From: Pontiella sp. | GTDB taxonomy: Bacteria; Verrucomicrobiota; Kiritimatiellia; Kiritimatiellales; Pontiellaceae | Assembly: GCA_050290185.1 (NCBI GenBank) | Contig: JBNKHE010000008.1 | Span: 128,001 to 192,000, forward strand | Direction: 5' to 3' | Length of the DNA stretch: 64,000 bases | Shown: one piece after another, positions 1 through 10,365 of the stretch | How positions within the stretch are numbered: the first letter of the stretch is position 1 | How the letters are laid out: each line of letters begins with the position of its first letter | Translations under genes and position numbers: made by a program | Notes under the pieces: generated by a model | Databases searched by the model: none | Told to the model about the DNA's origin: nothing | Seen by the model: the letters and a program-made list of their open reading frames with translations, nothing else

Positions 1-1473
1 TTGATGGGCCAGGTGGGCGGGCAGGATGAACAGCGCCTCGACCAGCGAAATGACGAAGGTGGTGCAGACCACCATGGGGATGTTGCGGAAAAACTTGCCC
101 ATCACGCCGGGGACGAAGTAGAGCGGCATGAAGGCCACGATGTTGGTCAGGATGCTGAAGGTCACCGGCATCGCGATCTCCCGTGCGCCCTTGATGGCCG
201 CCTGCAGGAACGGCATACCGTCCTGATGGTAGTGGTAGATGTTTTCGCCGACCACGATGGCATCGTCAACCACGATACCAAGCGAGATCAGGAACGCAAA
301 CATGGTGATCATGTTCAGACTCACGTCCATGCTGTCCATGAACAGGAATGTGCCGAGGAAGGAGATGGGAATACCCAGCATGACCCAGAACGCGAGGCGC
401 AGTTCAAGGAATAGTCCCAACAGGATGAATACAAGACAGAGCCCGAGTGCCCCGTTTTTCAGCAACAGACCCATGCGGCCGCGGAAATAGTCGGCGCGGT
501 TGTCCCAGATGGTGAGCGAAACGCCATCGGGCATGGTGGCGCGCAGCTCGTCTAGAACCTCGCGGACCGAATCGTCGACCGAGACCGGGGTTTCCTTGCC
601 AACGCGATAGGCGGTGAGTGTCAGGGCCGGCTTATCGTTGTAATAGGTAAACTTGTCGGATTCGTCGAAGCTGTCGCGGATCTCGGCAATATTCTCCAGT
701 CGGAGCTGTGTTCCATCGGGAGCGGTGACGATTGGAATGCGGGCGAACTCGCGTCCCAGATCCCGCCGGTCCTTGACGCGCACGAGGATTTCACCACCCC
801 GGGTTTTCATTCCGCCTCCCGGCAGTTCGACCGAGTTGCGGGAAACAATGTTGGCGACGTCCTGCAGTGTCATGTCAAGTTCGCGCAACTTGTCCTGCGG
901 GATTTCAATGGCAATCTCGTAGCTGCGTACATTGGAAAACTCGACCTGGGTGATGCCATCGGATTGCAGCAACCGGTCGCGTACCTGTTCGGCCAGCTCG
1001 CGGAGGACGCCGTCGGGCACATCGGCCGAGACAATCACATCCAGCACGGCGCGTTTCAGGATGATGGTGCTGACGATCGGTTTTTCGGCTTCGAGCGGGA
1101 AGGTGCGGATGCGGTTGATTTCGTTGCGGACATCGTCGGTGACGCGGTTGACGTCGCGGCCTTCGAGCACCTCGATTTGAACACTACCCGAACCCTCGTT
1201 GGCCGTGGCCGTGACTTCCTTGACGCCATCGATGCCGCGTACGGCTTCCTCGACCACGAGTAGGATTCCTTGTTCGACCTCCTCCGGATTGGCACCGGGA
1301 TAGGGCACCACCACGGAAACCATGTCCAACTGGGCTTCGGGCAGAAACTCCTGCTTAACCTTGGTGGCAGCAAAGAAACCGCCCACGATCAAAACCATCA
1401 TAAGGATGTTGGCCGCAACGGAATTGCGCGCCATCCAGGCAATGGGGCCGCGTTTTGGTCCTTCAAGTTCCAT
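1..1473 (-). CDS. AcrB/AcrD/AcrF family RND efflux permease (5' part; runs off window start)
   Basis: Translated by hand from the ATG at 1473: [33 protein letters not shown]...[13 protein letters not shown]...[13 protein letters not shown], a typical RND N-terminus. It lies directly downstream of the MFP and OMF genes. Confidence 0.9.
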   Translation of the reverse strand, partial: [491 protein letters not shown]

Positions 1474-1477
1474 GAAA

Positions 1478-2620
1478 TTATTCCTCGTTGTTGGACGGGT
1501 TGACGGCCATGCCCTGGATGGGGGCGGTCAGCTCGGAAACAATCAGCTGGTCATCGTTCGCGATGCCATCGCGGATCAGAATCCGCTGTCCATCGCGCCA
1601 GAGTACCTGGACGTTCCGGATGTCAAGTGCCCCCTCAACCGTGGCGATCCAGATTTGTGAATTATTGTGCAGGGCCTCGCGCGGAATGCTGTACACATTT
1701 TCTATGGTCCGCCCATGGATTGCCGTCCGGACATATTCCCCGATCAGCAGCGGTTTCTTCTCGGCGTTTTCGGGCTTCAGACAGAGCGGATCGCGGACTT
1801 CCACCAGCAGGCGGGCCATGCGGCCTTTTTCTTCCAGATCGGCCAGTAGCCGGATTACCCGCCCTTCGCGTTCTGCGCCGGAGAAGGAGGTCACCTGGAC
1901 GTTGCTTCCCGGAATATCGACCCATTCCAGCCGGTCGACCGGAATGGATACGATCACCCAATAGGCATCGGTGCCCGCCAGTGTGGCGAGCGCGTCCTGC
2001 TGCGAGGCCTGCGATCCGATATTAACGTTACGGTTCACGACCACCGCGTTGAATGGTGCCGTGACCGATGTCCGTTCGAGATCCAGTCGTGTATTTTCCA
2101 GCGTGGCTTCCGCCGCCTGGAGCGCGGCTTTGCTGGCGGCAAGGTGCGGCACGCGCAGGGCCAGTTCCTTTTCCTGCTCGGAGGCATCGTCTGTCTTAAA
2201 CAGTTCCCATTCGCGTTTGGCGACATCCTGCCGGCCCAGCTCAAGCTTGTAGTTGAAGCGTGCCGTTTCCAGCGCGGATTCAGCAGTTGCCATGGCCAGC
2301 TTGTAGTCGAGCGGGTCGATCCTGACGGCCTCTTCGTCTTTGTTCAGGAAACCGCCGTCGATAAAGTTTGTGGAGATGGCAACGACCTCCCCGCTCACAC
2401 GGGCGCGCAATACGATTTTTTCTGCAGGAACGACGGTTCCGGCAAGCGTGAGCACGACGGTTTCATCGTTGTTGACAAGCGGCATGGTCTCGACCAGTGC
2501 GGCGGTTTTCGCGGGGCGCTTCTTTTCCGCTTTGGGGGCGGTCACCACCAGAATAATGCAGATGCCGGAGGCGACGACCAGCAGGACGGCGCAGAGCAGG
2601 ATGATGGATGATTTTCGCAT
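1478..2620 (-). CDS. RND efflux periplasmic adaptor (membrane fusion protein)
   Basis: N-terminal TM anchor, biotinyl-lipoyl-like ARVSGEV...GG motif, coiled-coil hairpin and 'TSVTAPFNAVV' motif; operon context. Confidence 0.92.
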   Translation of the reverse strand: MRKSSIILLCAVLLVVASGICIILVVTAPKAEKKRPAKTAALVETMPLVNNDETVVLTLAGTVVPAEKIVLRARVSGEVVAISTNFIDGGFLNKDEEAVRIDPLDYKLAMATAESALETARFNYKLELGRQDVAKREWELFKTDDASEQEKELALRVPHLAASKAALQAAEATLENTRLDLERTSVTAPFNAVVVNRNVNIGSQASQQDALATLAGTDAYWVIVSIPVDRLEWVDIPGSNVQVTSFSGAEREGRVIRLLADLEEKGRMARLLVEVRDPLCLKPENAEKKPLLIGEYVRTAIHGRTIENVYSIPREALHNNSQIWIATVEGALDIRNVQVLWRDGQRILIRDGIANDDQLIVSELTAPIQGMAVNPSNNEE

Positions 2621-2632
2621 AAGGGGTCTCCA

Positions 2633-4036
2633 TTAGTTCGAGGTAAATTCACTGGGCCAGCTGCCGCCAAGCGCGCGGTATAGATTGATGCGGTATTGCA
2701 GCAGGTCGTATTGCGCCGCGACCCGGTTACGCTCAATGGCCTGCAGGGTATTGAGCTGAATAAGTACGGTGGTGTAATCAATCAGTCCGTTGCGGTAGCG
2801 GTTGATCGCTTCGTTGTAGGAAAGCTGTGCCGACTCCAGTTGCTGATCGAGTAGTTCGATATAGTTGTGCTGTTTCTGTTCGGAGGCCAAGGCGTTCTCT
2901 ACTTCCTTGACGGCGTTGATTACCGTTGCGCGATAGACTGCGAGGCGCTCATCGACGATTGCGCGTGTACGCTCGACTTCGGCCTTGCGGCGCCCGCCTT
3001 CAAAGATGGGGCCCGTGACGCTGGCCGCCAAATTGGCAATCCAGTCATCGAACACGTTGCCGATGTCGATTCTGCTTCCGCCGTATGTTGCAGAGGCGGT
3101 CAGGCGAATGGCCGGCAGGCGATCCGCACGTGCGGCACTCACGCTCCAGTCGGCCGATTGCAGGGATAACCCCGCCTGGCGCACATCGGGACGGTTGGCG
3201 AGAATATCGGCGGGAATGCCGATCGCGGGGAGATCTCCAACGGCCGGAAGCTCGGATTCGGTGATATCCAGCGAATGCAAGTCGGTACGGCCGAGCAATG
3301 CCGCCAGCTCGTTGTTCAGCAGTTCTTCGTTTAGTTGGGCCAGCGGAATGGCCGATGCCGTCGCGGAAACCACTTGCCGTTGTTGATACACATCCAACGC
3401 GGAGGAGAGTGATTTGCGGAAGCGCAGTTCGGTCAGTTCGAGCGAGGATTTATTTGCTTCCAGCTGGCGGTCAAGAACCTCGAGCTTCAGCCGTTGGGAA
3501 AGGATGGCGCTCCAGCGCAGGGCGACTTGCGAGGACAGTGTGATCATGGCCGTGTCGACTTGTTCGCGTGATGCCTCGCGGTCGAGCGCAGCGGCTTCGG
3601 CCTTGGACTTCACGCGGCCCCAAAGATCAAGCTCGTAGGTTGCGTTGGCACCCAGGTTAAAGCTATTGAAGGAATCGGAGCCGGAATATAAGCCGGTGGA
3701 GGTCTGCTGTCTGGAGGTCGAAGCATTCGCGGTATAGTTGGCGGACGGGAGCCTCGAAGCGCCCGCCTGGGTTGCGATGGCGTCGGCCTGAGCCAGGCGA
3801 GCCCATGCCTGCTGGATCGTTGGACTGTTGGTCAGGGCCTCTTCGATAAGTGCGTTCAACTCCTCCGACTCGAAAGATTCCCACCACCGGTTGGTGGTGT
3901 CGGGCGTTTCGTCCGTATAGAGCGAGAATCGTTTGGGAAGGGCGGCGTTCAGGTCGCTGTGTTCCGGTGGAGAGAAGATTGCACACGAGGAAAGCAACAG
4001 GGCCAGGACGGGACTGATCTGACAGATCTGTCTCAT
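2633..4036 (-). CDS. RND efflux outer membrane lipoprotein (NodT/OprM family)
   Basis: Lipobox LLSSC, 'WWESFESEELNALIEEAL', 'YELDLWGR', 'RPDVRQA' and C-terminal 'LYRALGGSW'. Confidence 0.93.
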   Translation of the reverse strand: MRQICQISPVLALLLSSCAIFSPPEHSDLNAALPKRFSLYTDETPDTTNRWWESFESEELNALIEEALTNSPTIQQAWARLAQADAIATQAGASRLPSANYTANASTSRQQTSTGLYSGSDSFNSFNLGANATYELDLWGRVKSKAEAAALDREASREQVDTAMITLSSQVALRWSAILSQRLKLEVLDRQLEANKSSLELTELRFRKSLSSALDVYQQRQVVSATASAIPLAQLNEELLNNELAALLGRTDLHSLDITESELPAVGDLPAIGIPADILANRPDVRQAGLSLQSADWSVSAARADRLPAIRLTASATYGGSRIDIGNVFDDWIANLAASVTGPIFEGGRRKAEVERTRAIVDERLAVYRATVINAVKEVENALASEQKQHNYIELLDQQLESAQLSYNEAINRYRNGLIDYTTVLIQLNTLQAIERNRVAAQYDLLQYRINLYRALGGSWPSEFTSN

Positions 4037-4668
4037 GGGTGTATGTCCTTTTGGATTTCCTTTAATCCGCCCAGCGAGAAGGTCGCAATGTGGCGGGCCG
4101 TTCGTTCGATCTCTTCTTCGCTCATGGTATTGCAGCCCAGCACCCGTTCACGAAGAGGGCGGCTGAAATTGTAGAAGGCGCATTGGCCGATGATGCTGTG
4201 CATGCAAAGGCGAAGTTGCGTTTCGTCGATCGATGTTCCCAGCGAGGTGCGCAATGCGGCGGCAAGAAATTCACTCTGTGGTCTCAGCACCTCCTTGGCA
4301 ATGCGGTCGAGTGCCAGCGTAGGCGCGGCCATTTCGCGGTAGAGCAGCTTGGCAAACAGCCCGGTTTCGTTTTCGCTGAAGACGCGGTGAAGTATGGCGA
4401 TGGCATGACTGTAGAGATAATCGAAAAGAACGGGATTATCCGGAAGCCGGGCATCGACGGGGTAGGCCTGGTTGGTCAGCTCAAAGGCATGGTGCCAGAC
4501 GGCATCGTAGAGGGTTTCCTTGTCGCCAAAATGATAGTTCACGGCAGCGATATTGGCTTCGGCAACTTCGCAGATTTCCGCCACGGTGGCGTCACGGTAG
4601 CCTTTTTCCGCAAACACGGCGCAGGCAGCACTCAAAAGACGGTTTTTGGTGGATTTGGGTTTGTTCAT
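4033..4668 (-). CDS. TetR/AcrR family regulator with CecR/DUF1956-like C-terminal domain
   Basis: TetR HTH 'VFAEKGYRDATVAEICEVAEANIAAVNYHFGDKETLY' and C-terminal 'HIATFSLGGL'; first gene of the efflux operon. Confidence 0.9.
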   Translation of the reverse strand: MNKPKSTKNRLLSAACAVFAEKGYRDATVAEICEVAEANIAAVNYHFGDKETLYDAVWHHAFELTNQAYPVDARLPDNPVLFDYLYSHAIAILHRVFSENETGLFAKLLYREMAAPTLALDRIAKEVLRPQSEFLAAALRTSLGTSIDETQLRLCMHSIIGQCAFYNFSRPLRERVLGCNTMSEEEIERTARHIATFSLGGLKEIQKDIHP

Positions 4669-4672
4669 GAAA

Positions 4673-4701
4673 TCAAATATCTATTTGAAATAGTCGTTTG
4701 T
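4673..4701. promoter_or_regulatory. Putative TetR autoregulatory operator
   Basis: Palindrome TCAAATA-TC-TATTTGA (4673-4688) plus an overlapping degenerate copy TGAAATAGTCGTTTGT, only a few nt upstream of the tetR start codon. Confidence 0.55.
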
Positions 4702-4834
4702 AAAGTGGAGTTTACATGCAAGATTGTCAACTGCATGAATTTAGCATTAAAAGCCCTGTATTTAATGCGTTTTTTAGAATGGCCAGCAGTTGTTAACAGG
4801 TTGTCAACAGTTCGGCATTTTCCCCTTGGAGCCC

Positions 4835-6400
4835 TTAAAACACGGAGGGACCACTGCGGGAGGCGTCTTCTGCTGGAAGAGGCGGGGTTCCCATGAGCAT
4901 TCCGATTTTTTTTGCAATATCGGTGTTGTCGTAGAAACCGGAGAAGGAAGCTGCGCCGGCACCCTCGGCAAAAACCGGAACCGGGATGGCTGTATGGCTG
5001 GACGTGGACCATTGCACTCCGGCCACGTTGGCCAGAATATGGGTAATCGTGACGGTCAGCGGGTCGGTTCCGCCATAGGTCAGGTAGTCGACGTCGGTGG
5101 GGCCATCGAGATTGTAGCCGCTTGATCGGCTGTCGGTTTTAACCGCTCCCAGCGATGCGTCGTAGGCTTTTTCCAGCAACTCCTGCTGGTATCCGGACAG
5201 TTGCGCCCATTCGAGGCCGAAGCAGGATTGGATCAGGGCCTTCATGTCATTATCGATATTGCTGTCCTTCTGGTTTTTCCAGGGGTGGCCGCTACGATAT
5301 TGCCTGAGGTCTTCGGCGATGAAACGGACTCCGGATTTGGTTTGTTTCCGCAGTTTGGAAAGATCGGTCTGGTAATGGTTGCCCCGGTACCCTAGGGCCA
5401 GCCCGCCGGTTTCATGATCGCCGGTTACGACAATGAGCGTTTCGTCCGGATGGTTTGCAAGAAAGTCGAGGGCCACGCCGATGGCATCGTCAAAGGCGAT
5501 GGTTTCCCGCAGCGCAGTGGCAATATCGTTGGCGTGGCAGGCCCAGTCGATCTTGCCGCCTTCCACCAGCATGAAGAAGCCCTGGGGATCATTTTGCAGA
5601 TAATCGATCGCGACCTGCGTGATTTCCGCGAGGGAAAAATCTTCCGGGGGCTGGTCGATGCTGAACGGCATGGCATCGCCGTCATAGGAGGTCGCCACCG
5701 AGCAGATCACCTTGCCGGCCTGCTTGTCCTTGAGTTGCAGGATTTCGGTTTTATCGGTGAGGATGGTGTAGCCGGCGTCGGAAAAGGCCTGCTTCAATAC
5801 GATTTTCCCGGTGTTATTATCCTGGTCCAGCTTGGGAAAAAGGCCGCCGGCGAAAAAATCAAATCCGCTCAATGCGGCCTGATAGCCGATTTCGCAATAG
5901 CTGTTCCGGCTGTTCACATTGGCGTAGTATCCCGCCGGCGTGGCATGCGCAAGCGGCGCGCTGGAAACGATGCCGATAGCGCGACCTTGTTCCCTCGTCA
6001 GTTCGGCAATGCTTTTATAGGAGGTGTTGAGTTCGGTGTTGCGCCCGAGCGTGCCGGGTCGGGTTTTGGTGCCGCAGGCAAACGCGGTCGCGGCGGCAGC
6101 GGAGTCGGTGATGAAGCGCGTATCGGAAAAGGTTTCTGCCAGGCCCAGGACCGGCATTTGGGTCATATGCAACCGGTTGGCCGTTGCCAACAACGTTGCG
6201 GCGGAATCCTCGTTACCGGCCTTGAAGGCCTGAGCCGCTTCGATCTGGGCTGACGACATTCCGTCACCAAGAAAGAAGAAAACATACTTTGGGTGCTTGT
6301 TGACGGTCGCTTTACCGGCTGCTCCGGCGGGCGTATAGCCTTGCAGGAGCAGTGTAATGAAAATGACGCAGGCTGTAATGGGAGCTTGAATATGTTTCAT
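4835..6400 (-). CDS. Alkaline phosphatase (PhoA family)
   Basis: Signal peptide; 'FFLGDGMS', catalytic 'TDSAAAATA', 'HATPA', 'VEGGKIDWACHAND', 'VTGDHETGG' and 'SHTAIPVP' motifs. Confidence 0.93.
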   Translation of the reverse strand: MKHIQAPITACVIFITLLLQGYTPAGAAGKATVNKHPKYVFFFLGDGMSSAQIEAAQAFKAGNEDSAATLLATANRLHMTQMPVLGLAETFSDTRFITDSAAAATAFACGTKTRPGTLGRNTELNTSYKSIAELTREQGRAIGIVSSAPLAHATPAGYYANVNSRNSYCEIGYQAALSGFDFFAGGLFPKLDQDNNTGKIVLKQAFSDAGYTILTDKTEILQLKDKQAGKVICSVATSYDGDAMPFSIDQPPEDFSLAEITQVAIDYLQNDPQGFFMLVEGGKIDWACHANDIATALRETIAFDDAIGVALDFLANHPDETLIVVTGDHETGGLALGYRGNHYQTDLSKLRKQTKSGVRFIAEDLRQYRSGHPWKNQKDSNIDNDMKALIQSCFGLEWAQLSGYQQELLEKAYDASLGAVKTDSRSSGYNLDGPTDVDYLTYGGTDPLTVTITHILANVAGVQWSTSSHTAIPVPVFAEGAGAASFSGFYDNTDIAKKIGMLMGTPPLPAEDASRSGPSVF

Positions 6401-6540
6401 GGCAATCGGTTCTCCTTGGAGTGGTTCGGTAACTATGCCGCAAGCGGTGTATGTGTCCAGTCAGGAATAACGGGAAAGGCAGGCTCATCCTCCATTGATT
6501 GCTGTTGATGCAGTTCTGGGTATAAAAATATCCAGTAGAT

Positions 6541-6556
6541 CGGCACGGCAAATGCA
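6541..6556 (+). promoter_or_regulatory. Putative sigma-54 (-24/-12) promoter
   Basis: CGGCACGGCAAATGCA: GG-N10-GC spacing, 28 nt before a PEP-CTERM gene. Confidence 0.55.
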
Positions 6557-6583
6557 TCCCCATAGGTTCATGTTGGAGGTGCT

Positions 6584-7531
6584 ATGAACTATTGGCTGGC
6601 AGGGGTTGGTTTATGGATCGCGGTGGCCGCCGGGGCGGCGACGATCGAGTCGTATGGACCGTTCGATATCTACTATTACGATGTGGGCGAGGTTTGGAAT
6701 GGAGCGACCAACACACAGGCGTGGACTGCAACGCAACAGGCGGACATCCATTCGGCGATCGACGAGTGGGACCGCGTGATCAACAACGCGCCCGCGCGGC
6801 AGATCAATATGCATGTGATGTGGAACACCTTTGATGGAACGACGTTGGGAGGATCTTCCAGCTATCTACTCAGCGGCACGGATGGTGGAGGACAGCAAAC
6901 CATTTGGACCGGAAGTGAGCTGGCCTGGCGCGAAGCCCATGATGCCGGGAACACATGGGATACCTTCATCCGCTACGATGTCGATGCCGCGGGGATGGCC
7001 TGGAACTTTGGTGAAGCCGGGCCCGGTGCAGGTGAGATCGATTTTCGTAGCGTGATCCTTCACGAAATCGGCCATTCGCTGGGATGGCTTACAAGCTACA
7101 ACTCCACATCCGATGATTTTGGATATGGAGGTTACGGATTAACGAGCTATGAACGGTTTCTTGTCGATGGTTCCGGCAATGCTGCACTGAATGGCGGAAC
7201 AGGAACGCCCGACAACTTCAACGAACTCGATGCTCCGGTCTTTTTCAGTGGATACAACGCTACCAACTTCTACGGGGGACTGGTACCCATCTATGCGCCA
7301 GGTAGCTATGAAGCAGGATCGAGCCTGTCGCATCTGGATGAAACCACGTTCGGCAATACGCTGATGACGCCTTACATCGCAAACGGGCAGTCGACCCGAA
7401 GCATTTCCGATCTCGAAATAGCCATGATGACGGACATGGGCTGGGATGTGATTCCCGAGCCGTCCACGCTGGTGATCCTGCTGATGAGCGGGGCAGGTTT
7501 TCTTGGTATCCGCCGCTTTTTCCTGATTTAG
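6584..7531 (+). CDS. PEP-CTERM-anchored zinc metalloprotease-like protein
   Basis: Signal peptide, HEIGHSLG zinc motif, later 'SHLD' and 'LMTP' (Met-turn-like). C-terminus is IPEP + TM helix + RR. Confidence 0.85.
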   Translation: MNYWLAGVGLWIAVAAGAATIESYGPFDIYYYDVGEVWNGATNTQAWTATQQADIHSAIDEWDRVINNAPARQINMHVMWNTFDGTTLGGSSSYLLSGTDGGGQQTIWTGSELAWREAHDAGNTWDTFIRYDVDAAGMAWNFGEAGPGAGEIDFRSVILHEIGHSLGWLTSYNSTSDDFGYGGYGLTSYERFLVDGSGNAALNGGTGTPDNFNELDAPVFFSGYNATNFYGGLVPIYAPGSYEAGSSLSHLDETTFGNTLMTPYIANGQSTRSISDLEIAMMTDMGWDVIPEPSTLVILLMSGAGFLGIRRFFLI

Positions 7532-7588
7532 CTAAAACCAAGATTTCTATTTCAACGGACGCAGGATTCGGCGTAGATTCCGCCTCCT

Positions 7589-9007
7589 ATGCATGGCACC
7601 GAAACAGAGAACCGTTCGTTTGGCGGCTACAAGGAATTGCTGAAGATCGCGTGGCCGCTGATCATCAGTACGGGCTCCTTTTCACTGCTGAACTTTTGCG
7701 ACCGCATGTTCCTCGGCTGGTACAGTCCCGAGGCATTTCGCGCAGCCGTTCCGGCTGGTATTCTGTGCTTCACCATGCTGTGCGGATTCCTTGCACTGGC
7801 GGCCTATTCCAACACCTTCGTGGCGCAATACCACGGGGCACGCGAATACAAAAAGTGCTCGGTGGCCACCATGCAGGGGATATGGCTGGCCCTGCTGTCC
7901 TGGCCGATCATGCTGGTCCTCATTCCTCTGGGCATCTTCTTTCTGAAAATCAGCGGACACGGGCCTGTCGTATTTGAACAGGAACGCATCTATTTCATCA
8001 TCCTCATGCTCGGCTCCATATCCCAGCCGGTCGGTGCCGCGATCAGCGGATTCTTCTCAGGACGCGGCGATACGCAGACGGTGATGTTGGCCAATGTGGT
8101 CGGCAATGTCGTCAACGTGGCGCTCGACTATGTTTTGGTCTTCGGCAAGCTGGGCTTTCCGGAAATGGGTATTGCAGGCGCGGCTGTTGCCTCGGTGATT
8201 GCCGGCTGGGTGAGTCCCGGGATCATGCTGGTGCTCTTCTTTTCAAAACGCATCGATCAGCAGTTTGCCACGCGCAAGGCATTGCGATGGGATATGGCCC
8301 AGATGAAGCGGATGGTTCGCTACGGCGGTCCTTCAGGTATTCATCTGTTTCTAGACCTGGCTTCGTTCTCCCTGTTTGTGCTCCTACTTGGCCGACAGGG
8401 TGAAGCGGCTTCCATTGCCAGCAACATGGCGCTGAGCATCAACCTGTTTGCGTTGATGCCGATGATCGGCCTTGGCATCGCCTCGTCCATCATGGTGGGG
8501 CAATACATGGGCGCCGACCGCCCCGATCTGGCGGAACGAACCGGTTGGATTGCCTTGAAGGCGGGCATGGTCTACACCATCCCGCTGGTTAGTTCCTTCG
8601 TGCTGTTTCCGCACTTCTACGTCAACCTCTTCGGGCAGCATGATGGGGTGGCTGCATCGGCCGAGGTTTTCGACATCTGCCGCCGCCTGTTGATCGTACT
8701 GGTGGCATGGGGCGTCATGGATGCCACGAACTTTATTATCAGCGGCGCGTTGAAAGGGGCGGGGGATACGCATTTCGTAATGTATTTCCATACCAGTCTG
8801 GCGTGGAGCTTCTTTGCGGTCGGCGAATTGGTGCTGGTGTTGGGGTTCCACGCGGGCCCGGTGGCGGCTTGGCTGTGGTGTCTGCTCTACATCATCATAC
8901 TTGCGGTTGGCTTTTGCTGGCGCTTCAAGTCGGGGCGCTGGAAATCGATCGATATCCTCGAACGGCATACGCCGGTTGAAGACGCGCGCATACCGGTTGA
9001 TCACTAA
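7589..9007 (+). CDS. MATE family efflux transporter
   Basis: About 12 TM helices; 'LLKIAWPLII', 'GRGDTQTVM', 'GFPEMGIAGAAVAS' and 'GALKGAGDT' motifs. Confidence 0.92.
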   Translation: MHGTETENRSFGGYKELLKIAWPLIISTGSFSLLNFCDRMFLGWYSPEAFRAAVPAGILCFTMLCGFLALAAYSNTFVAQYHGAREYKKCSVATMQGIWLALLSWPIMLVLIPLGIFFLKISGHGPVVFEQERIYFIILMLGSISQPVGAAISGFFSGRGDTQTVMLANVVGNVVNVALDYVLVFGKLGFPEMGIAGAAVASVIAGWVSPGIMLVLFFSKRIDQQFATRKALRWDMAQMKRMVRYGGPSGIHLFLDLASFSLFVLLLGRQGEAASIASNMALSINLFALMPMIGLGIASSIMVGQYMGADRPDLAERTGWIALKAGMVYTIPLVSSFVLFPHFYVNLFGQHDGVAASAEVFDICRRLLIVLVAWGVMDATNFIISGALKGAGDTHFVMYFHTSLAWSFFAVGELVLVLGFHAGPVAAWLWCLLYIIILAVGFCWRFKSGRWKSIDILERHTPVEDARIPVDH

Positions 9008-9034
9008 AAAAGGGCGGCCGAAGCCGCCCTTTTT
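9006..9034. terminator. Bidirectional intrinsic terminator
   Basis: AAAAAAGGGCGGC-CGAA-GCCGCCCTTTTT between convergent genes. Confidence 0.85.
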
Positions 9035-9051
9035 ACGCAGAGGCATTTTAC

Positions 9052-10365
9052 TTACTTGCGATGCTTCTTTTCTTTCTTGCGCCCGTGATCTTTGTGTTCG
9101 TCGTGCTTGCTGATGTTGTTCATTTTGATGATGGCCCAGGTGGCGTCGCCGTCGTCGGCAACGGAGTGCTGGACGTTGACGAACAGGACATTCGGATTCT
9201 TTCCCACGTAGATTCCGGTGCCTTCGGCTTTCGGGTCGGTCAGGGATGCGAACAGGTTGACGCTGTCGGCCATGCCGTCGTTGTTGTGATCGCCTTCGGC
9301 AATCCAGATGTCGGACGGAACATTGTCTTCCACAATGATCAGCTTTCCATCCGCTGTTTTTGCCAGGTTGTCGGGATTGTCGAATCCGGTTTCGAACTCC
9401 TCGTCGCCGGGGCGGCCGATTTCAGTCGTTACGTTGAATCCGGGCTTTACGAAGTTGGATACTTCGAGCGTATGAAGATTGATGGCAATTACGCGGCCAT
9501 CGAAGGTTTGGGAGCCGTCAACGTATATGCCTTCAGTGATCGCGGCATAGAGGGTATTGCCAATGATTTGAAGGTCTTCGGGACGGTTGTAGCCGGTGCC
9601 TCCGAAGTCGGTCCCGCTCTGGCGGGCGTTCGCCGAATCGATCGGGCCGACCCATTCTCCCTGGCCGGTTCCATCGCTGTTGCCGGTTACCTTCAGCGCG
9701 TACAGATTGCCGTCCGAAAGGTCGCCATATGTATCCGGCACGAACCGGTAGATATTGCCGCCGAAGCCTTCGCGCTGCCCGCGAAATTCATCGACCACGT
9801 ACACCGATCCGTCGGGGCCGACTTCAATGCCTTCATGGGCCATGAGACCAACGGCCGGGCGCGCATATACGGTACCCGATGTCGGATCGTTTTTATCCAG
9901 TGCCAGCTCGAATACCTGTCCGTCAGCGATTTCTTCGTCGAAGAGAATCGTGCCCCAAGGGGTCCAGGTGATTCCATCCACTGCGTCCCATGAAGGATCC
10001 TGCGCGATGATTTTCGCTTTTCCCGTGCGCAGGTCGACCACGGAGATGGAGCCGCCTTCGGCCTGTCCGCGGACTTCATGGGTGGTGTAGAGGTAGCGAC
10101 CGGCATGGTTTCCGGTTTCGTTGACGGTGTTCATGTCGTGCCAGTCGTCGCGTCCGCCATCGTAGATGTTGAGGTCGGATTCGTCCGCTACAGCCACCTG
10201 AATGAAACCTTCCGGAATCTGCCACGGTGCGGCGGGATTCCAGTTGGTGCTGTTTGCGGAATCGGTCAACGGTTCGAAACCAAGCGGTCCATTCTGCGGT
10301 GCGGCGTATGATGCAAGGGACCCGGCAACGGCGACTCCCAGCAAACAAGTCATCTGTTTCTTCAT
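9052..10365 (-). CDS. PhoX/DUF839-like secreted phosphatase (beta-propeller)
   Basis: Signal peptide from MKKQ; 'TPWGTILFDEE', 'GLMAHEGI', 'RPEDL', 'DNPDNL', 'AEGTG' and 'LFVNVQH' motifs. Confidence 0.8.
   Translation of the reverse strand: MKKQMTCLLGVAVAGSLASYAAPQNGPLGFEPLTDSANSTNWNPAAPWQIPEGFIQVAVADESDLNIYDGGRDDWHDMNTVNETGNHAGRYLYTTHEVRGQAEGGSISVVDLRTGKAKIIAQDPSWDAVDGITWTPWGTILFDEEIADGQVFELALDKNDPTSGTVYARPAVGLMAHEGIEVGPDGSVYVVDEFRGQREGFGGNIYRFVPDTYGDLSDGNLYALKVTGNSDGTGQGEWVGPIDSANARQSGTDFGGTGYNRPEDLQIIGNTLYAAITEGIYVDGSQTFDGRVIAINLHTLEVSNFVKPGFNVTTEIGRPGDEEFETGFDNPDNLAKTADGKLIIVEDNVPSDIWIAEGDHNNDGMADSVNLFASLTDPKAEGTGIYVGKNPNVLFVNVQHSVADDGDATWAIIKMNNISKHDEHKDHGRKKEKKHRK

Noticed and set aside
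4790..4812. TGTTAACAGGT-TGTCAACAGTT 11-bp direct repeat as a Pho box
   Set aside because: It lies downstream of the phosphatase gene, not upstream. It could be another OmpR-family site for tetR, but there is no supporting evidence.
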